From: Lingula anatina
Lineage: Eukaryota > Animalia > Brachiopoda
Assembly (NCBI GenBank): GCA_051362555.1
Contig: CM120640.1
Coordinates: 70,410,788 to 70,474,787, forward strand
DNA length: 64,000 nucleotides
Direction: 5' to 3'
Shown here: one piece after another, positions 60,816 through 64,000 of the stretch
How the letters are laid out: each line of letters begins with the position of its first letter
Numbering within the stretch: position 1 is the stretch's first letter
The notes under the pieces: model-generated
The model's database searches: none
Told to the model about the DNA's origin: nothing
The model's input: the letters and a program-made list of their open reading frames with translations, nothing else
Program-made: the position numbers and the translations under genes

Positions 60816-62508
60816 CTACTGCATCATCTGGACACCGCACTTGGCAACCATGCCCAAACTGAAATATCAAAAAAAAAAAACAAAAAAAAAAAAAACATCA
60901 ATTAATTGAATAAGGCTAGCAAGTATTTAAAGGAAAGTTTGTATTTGATATTTGCAAGGTAGAGAGGGAATCAACTTCTATCCATGTGCACAATATAGTT
61001 TTGTGAGAAGGCTTACAATTTACAAAATATTCTTTTGCATCCTCAACAATCTCTAGTAACTTGTTGACTATCACTTGTAACTAAATAACAAAATGCCACC
61101 TCAGTGCTGCTTTAAACATCAAAATAACTTGCTATTAGGATTCTGCACCCCAAATTTCATTTATCTTGAACTCAATAAATGTTAAAAAATATTTTTGCAG
61201 CTCTATTCTGAATGGGCTGCCCACTTGCATCACAGCTGCAAATTTTTTTCTTCTACAGATCTCTTAACAGCAGAGAAGCACTGTGTTGAGTTCAGGACAA
61301 ATGTAATTTGGGGTGCAGAATTAAACCTAAAAAATTATTTTGATGTTAAAAATAACATTAGGGTGGCATTAAGTGACTCTCACAATGAACTGTGACTCTC
61401 ATATTGACATTCGTAACTGTGTTCCAAATTAGGAAGGACCTCATAAACCTACAGTTTAAACACCTGCCTTTTTCATCACGTATCTTCACACATAACACAC
61501 ACTTTCAGTTTATGTTCAAAGGCTGTGAAGACTGAGAAAACTGCACCTTCCACCTCAATTTGCCTCGAATCAATCAAACATAATTTTCATTCCTGTACGT
61601 ACCTCAGTATTGCCATGACCCCTGGTGGCCAGATCTTGCCAGAGTTGTAGAATCTCACACCCATGGCTGCAGCCAATGCACCACTTGATACTGAAAATGT
61701 ATATATACTGGTTTTCAAAACATAGGGCAAAGAGGTCACATTTTTCCAACAGGAGTGAGTTTTTTAATGACGTCCATCTTGCGACATTATTATATAATAT
61801 GCCATTTTATGTACAGTTAAAGTAACTGAAAAATAAGTTGTCATTTACTTGTCCCAAATGTTTTAAAATTTACATCTGGTATTGAGAACAATACAGCATA
61901 GAAATAAAAGTAGACTATAAATTTAATTCCACACAGTTCACTGACACTTCATAACAAACTACATCGAAGAAACAGAATGTCCTTACAAAGAAGAACCATA
62001 CAGCTCCTGGGAGACTGAGAATTCATGTAAGCGCCGACACCTGACAAACCACCCATAAGCAGCCCCATGCCCAAGGACACTGTGCTACCTATAAGAAAAT
62101 TATTACATTTGAGACAAGTACAGTGTCAAAATCTCAAAATCGTACAGGCTTAGCATTTTTGGGCTATTCAATATTTTCATACATTTATAATTAAAATTAT
62201 TAATGATGTCGATTAACGTTATTGTTATTTGTCTCATTGGTTTAATTCAATCCATATATTTGTCCTCAATCCATGTTCATGGCACGAAGAACGGTGGTAA
62301 CAATATTATGAGTGACAAAGTGGATCATTGGACACATTTACTGGCGCTACAATATACCCTTAAAACTCTGTGGCAATGGTTACGTACGCACTACAAACTA
62401 CACACTGGAGCTTTGAAAATGCACAACGCTATTACCAGCTTTAATGTAGCCTATAATTCCACCAATCGTCACGAAGGCAGCATAACCGTATCCCACCAAG
62501 TCAGCCAT
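60816..62508 (-). CDS. TMEM14C: Transmembrane protein 14 family (TMEM14C-like), ~101 aa, 4 coding exons
   Basis: Exons 62508-62436, 62088-61987, 61690-61603, 60858-60816. 306 nt. Translation [37 protein letters not shown]...MGVRFYNSGKIWPPGVMAILSLGM. Acceptor at 62523; probable upstream UTR donor after 62704. Confidence 0.9.
61141..61320. mobile_element. MITE-like inverted-repeat element in a TMEM14 intron
   Basis: ttctgcaccccaaatttcatttatcttgaactcaa pairs with ttgagttcaggacaaatgtaatttggggtgcagaa (35 bp, 3 mismatches). Confidence 0.7.
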
Positions 62509-63386
62509 CGTGTTGTTGGCTTCCTGTAAAGTTCGTCTTGGCTTCAATGAAAACTTGTACCAAAGGCTGGAACAAACAGTAAATTGGTGATAAAAATAAG
62601 TTATTTTATTCAATTATACAAATATTTTTTCCTCACATATATAGAATTTTTATAATTCTGTATTATCAAATGGTCATTTATGCGATATATTATCTAAACT
62701 CACCACCTTTGCAAAATATGGATCCTGACCTAATTTTATAGACATGCTCATCACTGATAAATGGCGACTGTAAATGCTAATAATTTTGAGGTGCCCACTT
62801 GGTAAGCAAATGTTTTCAACCGAGAGGAATAGAGCAATTGATTTAATAGTGCACTATGTTACACTCAGTCATTCCCATTCCGGATTGGAATTATATGCGT
62901 TTTTATTAATACAACTCCTAATTTTCAATCTTATTATAATATTAAAAATGACCAAAAAATCAACAGCACAATGCCACAAACAGTGAAACTGTACATTCTT
63001 TCTTTCTCCGATCAGAGCAAATGTTATTAAATATGAAAAAATGTTTAATGTTTTACAGGGCTGGGAAACCCCCTCCTGGACTTCATTTAGATGTCCTCAA
63101 AGAGGGCAAAATGATTCAGGTAAGTGTAGTCAACCATGTCTAAGTTTGCATTCAGTGGATGTGGCTGGTTGCAGTAAGGTATGCCTACCCTCTACCAGGG
63201 TGGCAGATATTATAGGGAAAATGACCAAAAGCCAGAGATATGAAAATGACTGTCTATTTATCTTAAGACATATACCCCTGCAAACATACTTCACTGTTAC
63301 ACAGGGTAACAAATAGTATCCAGCTTTTACTAGTTTATCATGAGAACTGATTTACCATTTATAGGTTGCTCAAACACACCATGCTC

Positions 63387-64000
63387 ATTAGTACCACCAG
63401 CGTGTACGCTGGCGGTACTCATGGTTTTAGTCTCGACCCGTCTCGTACGGCTCCGTAAGCTCCGCCGGCTCCATTGGCTCCGCAGGGTGTCGTGGGATAC
63501 AAGTCACCGTTACCGCTTCTCCTCCTAGACCGCAAGGACCTGTGTCCCCCTCTCTTGGATTTAGGTCACATATAATCTCAACTTGAACCCCCTTGTATTT
63601 TTGTCTCAGTCGGTGCTTTGGCCTGGGCGTGACGCTCGTTGAAACGCACCCTTGTCAAAATTTTGGAAAATTCAATGCTAAATATTTCCCAAACCGAAGG
63701 AATTATCGGAAAAATTACTACAAAAGTCTGACTGAAAGTCATATGTGGAGATTCCAAATATGCCCTGAGATTTGACTTTTGACCTTTATTTCAAGGTCAA
63801 ACGGGCCAAAGTTTTCTAAAAATGGGACTTTTCTGCAAAAAAAATATTTGTTTGTACCAATTTTCAGAAACTACACAGACCTAAGCTCTCATATTATGGT
63901 GAGGGGTTACAATCAGGGACTCCTTTCATCTTTGAGAGTTTGGGGTCAATAGGTGCATTTTCATGGGAGAAGAGGCCATTAGATATGAAACTGAAAACTT
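63387..64000 (+). mobile_element. Second copy of the Helentron-type element, truncated by the window end
   Basis: Identical 5' end attagtaccaccagcgtgtacgctggcggtactcatggttttagt. Collinear with 31598-~32260, with a shorter GC microsatellite. Confidence 0.9.

Overview
Eukaryotic, AT-rich invertebrate genomic DNA with compact GT-AG introns. The transposon types suggest a lophotrochozoan/mollusc, but that is inference. Six protein-coding genes were rebuilt exon by exon with consistent phases: a 15-exon AT-hook plus 9-finger C2H2 gene (-, 7136-18143), HADHA (+, 21039-35015, 22 exons), a TGIF TALE homeobox gene (-, 42074-43030), TRNAU1AP/SECp43 (-, 51385-56257), PAK1IP1 (+, 56568-60454) and TMEM14 (-, 60816-62508). 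Repeats include two copies of a Helentron-type non-autonomous element (the complete one carries a 145-bp tandem array), a 1.05-kb foldback element, several MITE families and four minisatellites. Most notable: (1) the TRNAU1AP-PAK1IP1 head-to-head pair plus TMEM14 mirrors the human C6orf52-PAK1IP1-TMEM14C block; (2) splice junctions are repeatedly duplicated or decoyed in TRNAU1AP and the zinc-finger gene; (3) a trimeric higher-order repeat is forming inside the Helentron array; (4) a CpG-rich domain surrounds TGIF; (5) there is a weak intronic H/ACA snoRNA candidate. No searches were run; names rest on recognised motifs and recalled knowledge.
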